From Geotalea uraniireducens Rf4 (GTDB lineage: Bacteria; Desulfobacterota; Desulfuromonadia; Geobacterales; Geobacteraceae), in NCBI RefSeq assembly GCF_000016745.1, contig NC_009483.1:2220001-2252000 (forward strand): a stretch of 32,000 nucleotides of DNA. The letters are read 5' to 3'. Every line of letters begins with the position of its first letter. Positions within the stretch are counted from its first letter, which is position 1. A model generated the notes under the pieces. The model had not been told where the DNA came from. It worked only from the letters and a program-made list of their open reading frames with translations, and made no database searches. The position numbers and the translations under genes are program-made. Below, piece after piece: positions 8,855 to 17,520 of the stretch.

Positions 8855-10585
8855 ATGGAAAGAATGAATCAATCATTTAAAAGAAAAAAACTTGGTGACA
8901 TTCTGCTAGGCAAAAATGTCATTACACCGGAACAGCTCGCATTCGTTATCGATAAGCTGAAAACAACAGATGAGCGGTTTGGTGTGATATGTGTCAATGA
9001 TGGACTAATCACTGAAGAAGCTTTGTCCATGGCACTTGCAGAGCAATTTGGGCTTGAATATGTCGATCTTCGTGGATTTAAAATGGAGGAGGCTATCCTT
9101 AACACCCTTCCTCCTGATGCCATGCACCGTTATCACTTCATCCCTTTGGAAGTCCGGGGGGAAGCCCTGGTAGTCGCCATTTCCGATCCGACCGATGTTC
9201 TCAAGCTGGATGAAATGGAACTACTGCTTGACAGGCCGATTATTTTTAAAATTGCGGCTGAATCCGAAATAGCCATTCTGCTAAAAAAAGGAGAAGGTAC
9301 TAGTCGAGTCCTCAAAGAAGTTTCTGAGGATTTCATGCTCCAGTTGGTTACTGAGACCGAGAAGGGCGAGGAGGTCTTGTCTGTAGAAAAGATTTCCGCC
9401 GACACCAGCCCGATAATAAAGCTTGTGAACTCCACTATTCTGGATGCTCTCAACCGGCGAACGAGCGATATTCATATTGAAACCACACAGGATGGAGTTA
9501 TTATCAAATACCGGATCGACGGAGTATTATACAAAGCTACAGATCCGATAGATCTTCATTTTCAAGGTCCGATTATCTCCCGGCTTAAAGTCATGAGTGA
9601 ACTGGATATTTCTGAACGGCGCATTCCCCAGGACGGAAGGTTCAAAGTCAGAATTAATGGGAAATCCATCGATTTTCGTGTTTCTATTATGCCCAGCGCG
9701 TTCGGCGAGGATGCCGTTATACGTATTCTCGACAAGGAAAGTATTGCCACTGATCTTAAAGGATTAACGCTTGAAACCCTTGGTATGGACCCTCGGGAAA
9801 TCAAGCGCTTTCGTAAAATGATCAAAGAGCCTTACGGCATGGTGCTTGTCACGGGTCCCACCGGCTCAGGGAAAACCACCACGCTTTATGGGGCACTAAC
9901 TGAAATTCATAGTGGTGAAGAAAAGATAATCACTATCGAAGATCCTGTTGAATACGTTCTGCGCGGTATTGTTCAGATCCCGGTTAACGAAAAGAAGGGG
10001 TTGACCTTTGCTCGCGGACTTCGTTCCATATTGCGACACGACCCTGATAAGATCATGGTCGGAGAAATAAGGGACCCGGAAACTGCACAGATAGCCGTGC
10101 AATCCGCCCTAACCGGGCACCTTGTATTTACAACTGTCCATGCGAATAATGTTTTTGACGTTATCGGTCGTTTTACCCATATGGGAATCGACCCGTACAA
10201 TTTTGTCGCCTGTTTGAATTGTGTTATGGCCCAGCGACTCGTACGAAAGATCTGTCCAAAATGCAAGGTTCCAGTGACGATTTCCGATGAGAAGCTGCTG
10301 GAATCAGGAATCAGTCCCGAACGATGCCGCGGCGTAACATTTTATGATGCCAAGGGGTGCGACGACTGTAATGGCACGGGATATCGCGGTAGATCTGCTA
10401 TTGTTGAATTATTGGATCTGAACGATGAAATTCGTGAGTTGATCATAGCTAAAGCATCTGCAATACAATTGAAAAAGGCGGCCAAGGAAGCAGGTACGGT
10501 GTTTTTACGTGAATCAGCCGTAGAAAAGGTATTAGCCGGTGAAACGACATTGCGCGAGATTAATCGTGTCACCTTTGTTGAATAA
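8855..10585 (+). CDS. gspE: Secretion ATPase (GspE/PilB family) with an N-terminal T2SSE_N/MshEN-type domain
   Basis: Walker A GPTGSGKTT, Walker B IMVGEIRD, His box TGHLVFTTVHAN and tetracysteine CPKC...CDDC. The ATG abuts the gspF stop. Confidence 0.95.
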   Translation: MERMNQSFKRKKLGDILLGKNVITPEQLAFVIDKLKTTDERFGVICVNDGLITEEALSMALAEQFGLEYVDLRGFKMEEAILNTLPPDAMHRYHFIPLEVRGEALVVAISDPTDVLKLDEMELLLDRPIIFKIAAESEIAILLKKGEGTSRVLKEVSEDFMLQLVTETEKGEEVLSVEKISADTSPIIKLVNSTILDALNRRTSDIHIETTQDGVIIKYRIDGVLYKATDPIDLHFQGPIISRLKVMSELDISERRIPQDGRFKVRINGKSIDFRVSIMPSAFGEDAVIRILDKESIATDLKGLTLETLGMDPREIKRFRKMIKEPYGMVLVTGPTGSGKTTTLYGALTEIHSGEEKIITIEDPVEYVLRGIVQIPVNEKKGLTFARGLRSILRHDPDKIMVGEIRDPETAQIAVQSALTGHLVFTTVHANNVFDVIGRFTHMGIDPYNFVACLNCVMAQRLVRKICPKCKVPVTISDEKLLESGISPERCRGVTFYDAKGCDDCNGTGYRGRSAIVELLDLNDEIRELIIAKASAIQLKKAAKEAGTVFLRESAVEKVLAGETTLREINRVTFVE

Positions 10586-10617
10586 ACAATGCGTATTCGG
10601 AATTCCAGTTTCTTTGC

Positions 10618-10646
10618 TTCGAAGCGCACATCCTTTAGGGTATAAT
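10618..10646 (+). promoter_or_regulatory. Possible internal sigma70 promoter ahead of the pilM-like gene
   Basis: Perfect -10 TATAAT (10641-10646) with a weak -35 TTCGAA 17 nt upstream. The -35 overlaps the 10 bp palindrome GCTTCGAAGC (10614-10623). Confidence 0.3.
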
Positions 10647-10716
10647 TTCCCTTTAAACATAGCTTATAAAGCTGAGCTCTGCGCATCTTCCAAGCAGAAT
10701 TACCAAAAGGTGTTTA

Positions 10717-11643
10717 ATGCTATTTCCTAAAAAAGCCTTAGGTGTTGAAATATGCAGCGAAGGCGTTAAGATGGCCCTTGTTGAAGGGCGACAAAATGCT
10801 TTACGTCTGGACGCCTATACTGCCTCGTCTTTGCCTGCCGATACGATTAAATTTGCCCTTAGAGAGCAAAATGTTCTTAACCCATCGGTATTTGTCAATA
10901 TTATTCGAGAGACTTATCTACGGTTGTTGACAAAGACCAAACACGTTTCCGTTTCTTTGCCTGACACAACGGGTCGGGTGATCCTTTTGGATCTGGAAAC
11001 TCGCTTCAAGAGCAGGGATGAGGGTGCAGACATTATTCGCTGGAAGCTGAAAAAGAGCTTTCCGTTTAATATCAGTGATGCGCACCTGGATTATCAGTTG
11101 TTGGAAGAAAAAGATTCCGGCGAGATATCTCTTCTCGTGTCAATTATTGCAAGGCAGGTGGTTAATCAATACGAAGACTTGTTCGTGGAAGCCGGACTCG
11201 AACCCAATTGCATAGATTTCACAACCTTTAATCTGTACCGGCTTTTCTCGGGTCGGCTTTCAATATCTGAAAACGCCGCTTTCATGACTTTTTACGGTGG
11301 CATGGTTACCATACTTGTTTTTTATGCCGGCGTACTATCATTCTATCGATCCAAAGAAATCCCCGGCGGTACCCTTGAGATAAACCGCGCATACCGAGAA
11401 ATCAACAGCTCGCTGCTTGTTTATCAGGATATGCATCCAAGTCATACTATCAATGAAGTTTTTTGTGTCGCCACCGGTGATGATGCCGAAGCATTTCGTG
11501 CTATTGTCGGTGAGGCAACCGGTCTGGAACCGATACTCCTGGATGTCAATCGGGTTGTTTCTGCCAAAAGCGGCTTGACTGTTGACAGAGTAACGCTTCA
11601 TTCTCTGACAGCAGCGTTGGGCGCAGCCGTAAGGAATCTCTGA
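10717..11643 (+). CDS. pilM: PilM-like actin-fold assembly protein
   Basis: 308 aa. The N-terminal LGVEICSEGVKMALVEG matches the PilM/FtsA-like phosphate-1 region. The position directly upstream of PilN/O-like genes supports the call. Confidence 0.85.
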   Translation: MLFPKKALGVEICSEGVKMALVEGRQNALRLDAYTASSLPADTIKFALREQNVLNPSVFVNIIRETYLRLLTKTKHVSVSLPDTTGRVILLDLETRFKSRDEGADIIRWKLKKSFPFNISDAHLDYQLLEEKDSGEISLLVSIIARQVVNQYEDLFVEAGLEPNCIDFTTFNLYRLFSGRLSISENAAFMTFYGGMVTILVFYAGVLSFYRSKEIPGGTLEINRAYREINSSLLVYQDMHPSHTINEVFCVATGDDAEAFRAIVGEATGLEPILLDVNRVVSAKSGLTVDRVTLHSLTAALGAAVRNL

Positions 11644-12182
11644 TGCAACTGAAAATAAATCTGGCAACCAGAAGTTATATCAACACCCGGCAACTAAATC
11701 TGGCTATTGCGGTATCGATTGCGCTTTTATTGCTCTGGATGTTTTTTAATGTCAAGGATATCGCTTACAACAGTGGTGAAATGAAGCGTTTGACAACAGA
11801 TACAACGGCATTGGATACAAAATTCAAGGCAGCGAGTAAGGGTGTACCTGAAAAAGAATACAGCACGCTCTTGTTAAAAATAGGTTTTGCCAATTCGATT
11901 ATTGAAAAAAAATCCGTCAACTGGCTTGTGTTGCTTGACAATCTTGAAGCAGTCGTGCCCGAAGGGGTGGCCATTTCTGCAATTGAACCCGACCCCAAAA
12001 AACAGATTCTGAAACTCTCCGGTGCTGCAACGAATTTCAATAATGTGCGACAATTCGTTGAAAATCTGGAGTCATCGAACTTTTTCACCACCGTATTCCT
12101 TGAGAATCAGGCGGAAATCAAGGTTGGACAGAGCCAAAAGGGAATATCCTTTACCATCTCCTGTAAGGTTGATTATAAATGA
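11643..12182 (+). CDS. pilN: PilN-like bitopic assembly protein
   Basis: Starts MQLKINLATR, has one TM helix (LAIAVSIALLLLWMFF), then a coiled coil and a ferredoxin-like C-terminal domain. The start overlaps the pilM stop (TGATG). Confidence 0.8.
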   Translation: MQLKINLATRSYINTRQLNLAIAVSIALLLLWMFFNVKDIAYNSGEMKRLTTDTTALDTKFKAASKGVPEKEYSTLLLKIGFANSIIEKKSVNWLVLLDNLEAVVPEGVAISAIEPDPKKQILKLSGAATNFNNVRQFVENLESSNFFTTVFLENQAEIKVGQSQKGISFTISCKVDYK

Positions 12183-12733
12183 TGAAATATAAATTTATTC
12201 TGGAGACGATCAGGGCGTGGCGAAAACCCGCTATATTCGTGGTCGTATTGCTTTTGATAAATGTCTGTTCTTATCTATATCTTACTATCTACCAGGAACC
12301 ACGCCTCGAATCATTGCAGAATAACTGGTTTGAAAAACGGCAAAAAATTAATTCTATGGCCGTTGTGGATCCAGCTACGGTATATGAGCAGGGAACACGA
12401 GATCTGAAGACCTGGTCGTCCAGAATTCCACCTAAAAAGGATTTTGCCCGTTTTCTGGGGGATTTGTTCGAGACGGCTGCCAATAACAATCTTTCAGTTA
12501 AAAGCGTAACCTACAAGCCTAATCTTATTAAAGATGAGGGACTTCTTGCTTACTCCATCGCATTTTCAGTTTCTGGAAATTACGCGGCGGTAAAAAGTTT
12601 TATCTCAGATATTGCCCGCTCACGACAGATTGTTACGATCGATAACCTATCCCTGAATAACAGCAGTACGACACAGGAGGCTATAGAGCTCAAGCTTCAG
12701 CTTACTACGTATTTACGGGTGGAGGGGGCATGA
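12179..12733 (+). CDS. pilO: PilO/GspM-like bitopic assembly protein
   Basis: One TM helix (AIFVVVLLLINVCSYLYL) and a periplasmic alpha/beta domain. ATGA overlaps with both neighbouring genes indicate translational coupling. Confidence 0.72.
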   Translation: MMKYKFILETIRAWRKPAIFVVVLLLINVCSYLYLTIYQEPRLESLQNNWFEKRQKINSMAVVDPATVYEQGTRDLKTWSSRIPPKKDFARFLGDLFETAANNNLSVKSVTYKPNLIKDEGLLAYSIAFSVSGNYAAVKSFISDIARSRQIVTIDNLSLNNSSTTQEAIELKLQLTTYLRVEGA

Positions 12734-13359
12734 ACCGCCAAAAGATGATCCTCGCTATCCTGCTGGTGCTCCTGGTATTGGCAATAATCTATAGTTTTGC
12801 TCGCCAACCAAGACCGAAGCGGGCAAAGAGCCTCAAATATACTCCTGGAGTTGCTGCTGTCAGCAGCAGGCCAACTTCCAATGCCACCGGTGCAGTCCGA
12901 GCCGACGATAAAAAACTTCATCTTGAACTTCTTGACAAGGAGTTCCCACATTTTTCCGGTTTCCGACGTAATATATTCAAACCAATCTTTCATGAAGAGA
13001 TGAAACTTCCTTTAGCGACATCATCCCCTTCTGTCAGACCGACTTTGCCGGTGCCACCCCCTCCGCCATCGCCGTCACTTCCACCGCCACTGCCGCAACA
13101 AATTGTTGAGGCAACGCCAATCCAGCGTGATATGGCTAGGTTCACGTTCCTCGGTTTTTTGAAGAAGGATAATAAGAAAACAATTTTTCTCTCCAGTGAT
13201 AAAGAAATTTATCTCGTGAAAAAGGGAGATACCATCGCGGGTAAGTATGAGGTATCCAATCTTACCGAAGAGGCATTAACCATTCATCCGTTGATAGATG
13301 GGGGTGAGATTATTATTCCGCTGGTAGAGAACAGGGCGTTAGTTGCCCCGCGACATTAA
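12730..13359 (+). CDS. PilP/GspC-like protein with a TM anchor, poly-proline linker and C-terminal beta domain
   Basis: TM helix ILAILLVLLVLAIIY, linker PTLPVPPPPPSPSLPPPLPQQ, and C-terminal FTFLGFLKKDNKKTIFLSSDKEIYLVKKGDTIAGKYEVSNL, which resembles PilP / GspC-HR domains. The call is positional as well as motif-based. Confidence 0.55.
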   Translation: MNRQKMILAILLVLLVLAIIYSFARQPRPKRAKSLKYTPGVAAVSSRPTSNATGAVRADDKKLHLELLDKEFPHFSGFRRNIFKPIFHEEMKLPLATSSPSVRPTLPVPPPPPSPSLPPPLPQQIVEATPIQRDMARFTFLGFLKKDNKKTIFLSSDKEIYLVKKGDTIAGKYEVSNLTEEALTIHPLIDGGEIIIPLVENRALVAPRH

Positions 13360-13389
13360 AAGACGACTGCCGACTAAGGAGTGACAACC

Positions 13390-15780
13390 ATGCGTTATAT
13401 AAAACAGATGTCAACAGTGCTTTTTTGCCTGGCAATTTTATCGGGTTGTGCAGGCGGTCGCTCTGCATTCAGCAAAGCAGAAAAGCTCGAACGTGATGGG
13501 CGTCTGGATGAAGCAGTGATGAAATATGCAGAAGTTGTAGCGGCAAATCCTGGTGTAGGTGAATATCGGGCTAAGTACCTGCAATCAAGTGCTGCCGCAG
13601 CTCAAAAACATCTTCAAAAAGGGGACGATTTTGCTGCTGCTAAAAAATATGACGATGCTTTACGGGAATATCAGACGGCATTTGCACTAGATTCTTCATT
13701 GGCGCGTGCAAAGCAGGAAAGCGATCAGGTTATAAAGCTCAGAAACGCTGAAGTCTATTTTAAGGAAGGCGAGGAGTTTGAAAAAAACCGTAAGCTCAAG
13801 GAAGCTGTCCGTGCCTATCAGAAGGCGCTTGAATTCGACCAAAACAACAGTGCTGCCAAAGATGCAGTCGAGAGGCTTATAAAGAGTAAACGGCCGAAAC
13901 TCGACGGTTATGAACTAAATCTCAAATCAAACAAACCGATCACACTTAAGTTCAAGGATGCAAAAATTAAGGAAGTTTTTAATATCATTTCTCAACTTTC
14001 CGGCATCAACTTTGTTTTCGACGAGGGCGTAAAAGACCAGAATGTGTCTATTTATCTGGAGAATGCCACGTTCCAGCAGGCGCTGGAGATCATATGCGGC
14101 ATCAACAAGCTCGGAAAAAAGGTGCTGAACGAGAACACCATCATTATTTATACTAAAAACCCCGAAAAAACCAAACAGTACGAGGAGTTGTTCGTACAGA
14201 CTTTTTATCTCAATAAACTTGAGGCAAAAAAGGCGGTAAACCTTATCCGCACCATGCTGCAGGTAAGAAAGATCTACGTGAATGAAGAGATGAATGCCCT
14301 TGTAATACGCGATACACCGGATGTCATCGAGGTTGCCCAGAAGATACTGGAAGCTAATGATCTTCCCGATGCAGAAGTGGTATTGGAGGTTGAAGTGATA
14401 GAGATCTCCAAGAACAACGCAGAGAGCTTTGGTCTTGCATTGAGCAGATACGCTGTTTCCACAGCTGCAGCAGCGGAAGGCTCCTCAACGTTTCTCTCGG
14501 ATGTACTTGTGCCACCTGTTTCTACAACTCCAACAAATACAACTAACACTCCAACTTCGAATCTCCTGAATTACTTTAGATGGCGTGGCTTTAACGGGTT
14601 TCTTACGGTACCGAATGCCACGTTCAATTTTGGCAAGACCCTGTCAAACAGCGAAACATTGGCAAATCCGAAAATCAGGGTCAAAAACAGAGAAAAGGCC
14701 AAGTTTAATGTCGGTCAAAGGGTCCCCATCACAACCACCTCATCTCCGACCGGCGGCGGAGTCAGTGTCAATGTCCAGTATGTGGATGTAGGGGTGAAGT
14801 TGAACGCCGAACCGACCATTCAGCTTAATAATGAGGTTTCAATCAAGCTAAGCCTTGAGGTTAGTTCAATCCTCAGCAAGGAGAAGGTGGGGTCGACGGA
14901 TTCGTTGACAACGGTTGTGACCATCGGCACCCGCAACCTCGATACAGTTTTAAGTCTCAAGGATGGTGAGACCAGCATTATCGGTGGCCTTATGCAGGAT
15001 TTAAAAAGCAAGAACAAGCAAAAAATCGTGCTCTTGGGGGATATTCCTCTCATTGGACCGTTGTTGTCCCAAAATGATGACACAAATAATAAGTCTGAAC
15101 TGGTGTTGGCGATAACTCCGCGGATAGTACGTTCGATAACCATTCCTGAAGGGGATGTTGCTGCTTTCTGGTCCGGTAAGGAAGATGAACCATCCACATC
15201 AAAACCATATTCCTCCTTTATTCAGGAACCTGAAATATTACCTGCGCCGCCGATTTCGCCGCTCCCGGCAGGGGAGCCTCAAAAGCAGCCTGCTGCCGAA
15301 GTTCAAAAAGCACCGGCAGTTCCGCCGGCCACGGGGGCAAAGGTTGAGCCGGAGAAAGCTCCTGCCCCACGAATAACCTTGAATGTCGTTGCCCCCGCTT
15401 CAGTCAAGGTGAATGAGCAGTTTAGCGTTGGGATAAAAGTAGCCGATGCAAATAATCTATTAAACGCACCCTTGACGCTGGTTTATGATCCTTTGTTTCT
15501 GGATTTTGTCGGCTTGGCCGAGGGGGGATTTATGAAGCAGGATGGGAAAGCAACCCTTTTCCGGCCCACCATCGATAAAAATACCGGTCAAATTGCCGTT
15601 ACCCTCAACAGAGTGGGGGACGTCGGCGGGATAAGCGGGAGCGGCACCCTGCTTACTGCAACATTCAAGGCCAAGAATCAAGGGCCGGCCAGTATCGGTT
15701 TTCTCGATGTAAATTTCACCGCGCCCGGCGGAAAACCGCTGGAGGCAATTCCGTATAATGCAGTAGTGGATATTAAGTAG
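13390..15780 (+). CDS. Outer-membrane secretin lipoprotein (GspD/PilQ family) with N-terminal TPR repeats and a C-terminal cohesin module
   Basis: Track ORF begins at GTG 13381. ATG 13390 follows an AAGGAG RBS. Lipobox LSGC; TPR-like repeats at about aa 30-170; N0/Secretin_N-like domains; secretin core VVLEVEVIEIS...LGDIPLIGPLL...ELVLAITPRIV; then a P/E/K/A-rich linker and a cohesin-like module. Confidence 0.9.
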   Translation: MRYIKQMSTVLFCLAILSGCAGGRSAFSKAEKLERDGRLDEAVMKYAEVVAANPGVGEYRAKYLQSSAAAAQKHLQKGDDFAAAKKYDDALREYQTAFALDSSLARAKQESDQVIKLRNAEVYFKEGEEFEKNRKLKEAVRAYQKALEFDQNNSAAKDAVERLIKSKRPKLDGYELNLKSNKPITLKFKDAKIKEVFNIISQLSGINFVFDEGVKDQNVSIYLENATFQQALEIICGINKLGKKVLNENTIIIYTKNPEKTKQYEELFVQTFYLNKLEAKKAVNLIRTMLQVRKIYVNEEMNALVIRDTPDVIEVAQKILEANDLPDAEVVLEVEVIEISKNNAESFGLALSRYAVSTAAAAEGSSTFLSDVLVPPVSTTPTNTTNTPTSNLLNYFRWRGFNGFLTVPNATFNFGKTLSNSETLANPKIRVKNREKAKFNVGQRVPITTTSSPTGGGVSVNVQYVDVGVKLNAEPTIQLNNEVSIKLSLEVSSILSKEKVGSTDSLTTVVTIGTRNLDTVLSLKDGETSIIGGLMQDLKSKNKQKIVLLGDIPLIGPLLSQNDDTNNKSELVLAITPRIVRSITIPEGDVAAFWSGKEDEPSTSKPYSSFIQEPEILPAPPISPLPAGEPQKQPAAEVQKAPAVPPATGAKVEPEKAPAPRITLNVVAPASVKVNEQFSVGIKVADANNLLNAPLTLVYDPLFLDFVGLAEGGFMKQDGKATLFRPTIDKNTGQIAVTLNRVGDVGGISGSGTLLTATFKAKNQGPASIGFLDVNFTAPGGKPLEAIPYNAVVDIK
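15370..15777 (+). other. Cohesin-like domain at the secretin C-terminus
   Basis: RITLNVVAPASVKVNEQFSVGIKVADANNLLNAPLTLVYDPLFLDFVGLAEGGF...GSGTLLTATFKAKNQGPASIGF matches the cohesin beta-sandwich sequence pattern. Identified by eye only. Confidence 0.6.
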
Positions 15781-15802
15781 GCATCCGAATGACGGCTTGC
15801 AG

Positions 15803-16297
15803 ATGAAAAATTTGTCTAAAAACAATAGTGGTGTCAGTCTTGTAGAGCTGATCGTCACCCTGGTCATACTTTCGTTTCTGGCTGCGCTGGTCTTACCGTC
15901 TGCGCAGATGACGGCAAAAAGAAGCAAGGAACTTGAGTTACGGAGAAATCTGAGAACGATCCGTACTGCCATTGATGAGTATAAGAAATATTATGATAGG
16001 GCCGTTGAGGATAGAAAACTGATTCCGTCCTTAAACAAGTCGGGTTATCCTGAAACCTTGGAGCAACTGGTGGAAGGCTATGATTTTGGCGGGCTTACCA
16101 ATTATAAAATAAAGTTTCTCCGCAGAATCCCGGCAGACCCTTTCAACCCTCTCAAGCCCGGTGACGATAAGCCGTGGGGGCTTCGTTCCTACGTCGACAA
16201 GCCGGACAGTACGAATTGGGGGGGAGAGGATGTCTATGATGTGTATTCCCTGAGTGAAGAAACGGCCATTGACGGTTCGAAATATACGGATTGGTGA
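15803..16297 (+). CDS. Pseudopilin with an atypical prepilin N-terminus
   Basis: MKNLSKNNSG/VSLVELIVTLVILSFLAALVLPS has a G at -1, E at +5 and a hydrophobic helix. The track ORF begins at TTG 15797. Confidence 0.75.
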   Translation: MKNLSKNNSGVSLVELIVTLVILSFLAALVLPSAQMTAKRSKELELRRNLRTIRTAIDEYKKYYDRAVEDRKLIPSLNKSGYPETLEQLVEGYDFGGLTNYKIKFLRRIPADPFNPLKPGDDKPWGLRSYVDKPDSTNWGGEDVYDVYSLSEETAIDGSKYTDW

Positions 16298-16348
16298 TTA
16301 ATTCGCGGACGCGCTACCTATTGCTGCGTGCAATAAACGAGAGAATCG

Positions 16349-16765
16349 ATGCAGAAAAAGCTAAAGCAGCTGCTGAAAAAAAGGAATAAGGGTTTTACCC
16401 TGATCGAGTTGTTGATCGTCATGACCATTATCGGTATTCTTGCCGCGATATCAGTTCCCAATTACAGATGGGGCATTATCAAGGCAAAGGAAGCGGTGCT
16501 CAGGGAAGATCTTTACAATTTGCGCACAACCATCGATCAGTTTTATGCCGATCAGGGGAAATATCCTGATTCTCTTCAAGATATGGTGGACAAGAAGTAC
16601 CTGCGTGACATCCCCAAAGACCCCTTTACCAATTTGAAAGATACGTGGGTCGTTGTCACTCCTCCCCCGGCCGGTGAAGGACAGGAAGTCAAGGGATCGG
16701 TCTACGATGTGCATAGCGGTTCGGACGTGATAGGTACTACCGGAACCCCATATAATGAATGGTGA
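16349..16765 (+). CDS. gspG: Major pseudopilin, GspG/PulG-like
   Basis: MQKKLKQLLKKRNKG/FTLIELLIVMTIIGILAAISVPNY is a canonical prepilin cleavage/methylation motif. The body is GspG-like (LRTTIDQFYADQGKYPDSL..L....YL..IPKDP). Confidence 0.85.
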   Translation: MQKKLKQLLKKRNKGFTLIELLIVMTIIGILAAISVPNYRWGIIKAKEAVLREDLYNLRTTIDQFYADQGKYPDSLQDMVDKKYLRDIPKDPFTNLKDTWVVVTPPPAGEGQEVKGSVYDVHSGSDVIGTTGTPYNEW

Positions 16766-16848
16766 TATTGAACACAAAATGAGTTATGATTTGCTGGGGC
16801 ATAGGAAAAGCACTGTAGATGCCCGAAAATGAGAAAGAGGCTTGATTG

Positions 16849-17520
16849 ATGATACAACTTCATAACGTTTCCATGGCCTATCAGAGCGATATTTCGGCGC
16901 TGAACGGCATTAATCTAAAGGTCCCCAAAGGGGATTTTATTTTTTTAACCGGCCAATCCGGCGCCGGGAAATCCACCCTCCTGAAGCTCCTCTATGCGGC
17001 ACTATTGCCGACCCGCGGCCAGGTCTTGATTGAAGGACAAAATGTCACCAGACTTACCCGTTCGCAAATTCCCTACCTGCGTCGGAATGTGGGGGTGGTT
17101 TTTCAGGACTTCAAGCTACTTCCTCATCGGACTGTCATGGAAAACGTGGCCATAACCCTGGAGGTACTTGGTTGGGGGAAAAAGGATATCGGCAAAAAGG
17201 TTTACCACATCTTGAAGCAGATGGGTCTGGAGCATAAGATCAATTCCACGCCATTGAGACTTTCCGGCGGGGAACAGCAACGGGTGGCGCTGGCGCGAGC
17301 GCTGGTCAATGATCCCAAAATACTTCTGGCAGATGAGCCGACCGGCAATCTTGATGATGAGAATAAGGAACAGATCCTTTCCATTTTTAAAGAGGCAAAC
17401 ATCAGGGGTACTACCGTGGTTGTTGCAACCCATGATCGTCGACTGATAGAAAACTCGCATCGGAGAGTCGTGGTGCTTGAAAAGGGATGTATTGTGGAGG
17501 ATTCCGATGTCTCGAAATAA
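16849..17520 (+). CDS. ftsE: Cell-division ABC ATPase FtsE
   Basis: Walker A GQSGAGKST, signature LSGGEQQR and Walker B ILLADEPTGNLD. The gene is followed by ftsX. The track ORF starts one codon earlier, at TTG 16846. Confidence 0.93.
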   Translation: MIQLHNVSMAYQSDISALNGINLKVPKGDFIFLTGQSGAGKSTLLKLLYAALLPTRGQVLIEGQNVTRLTRSQIPYLRRNVGVVFQDFKLLPHRTVMENVAITLEVLGWGKKDIGKKVYHILKQMGLEHKINSTPLRLSGGEQQRVALARALVNDPKILLADEPTGNLDDENKEQILSIFKEANIRGTTVVVATHDRRLIENSHRRVVVLEKGCIVEDSDVSK

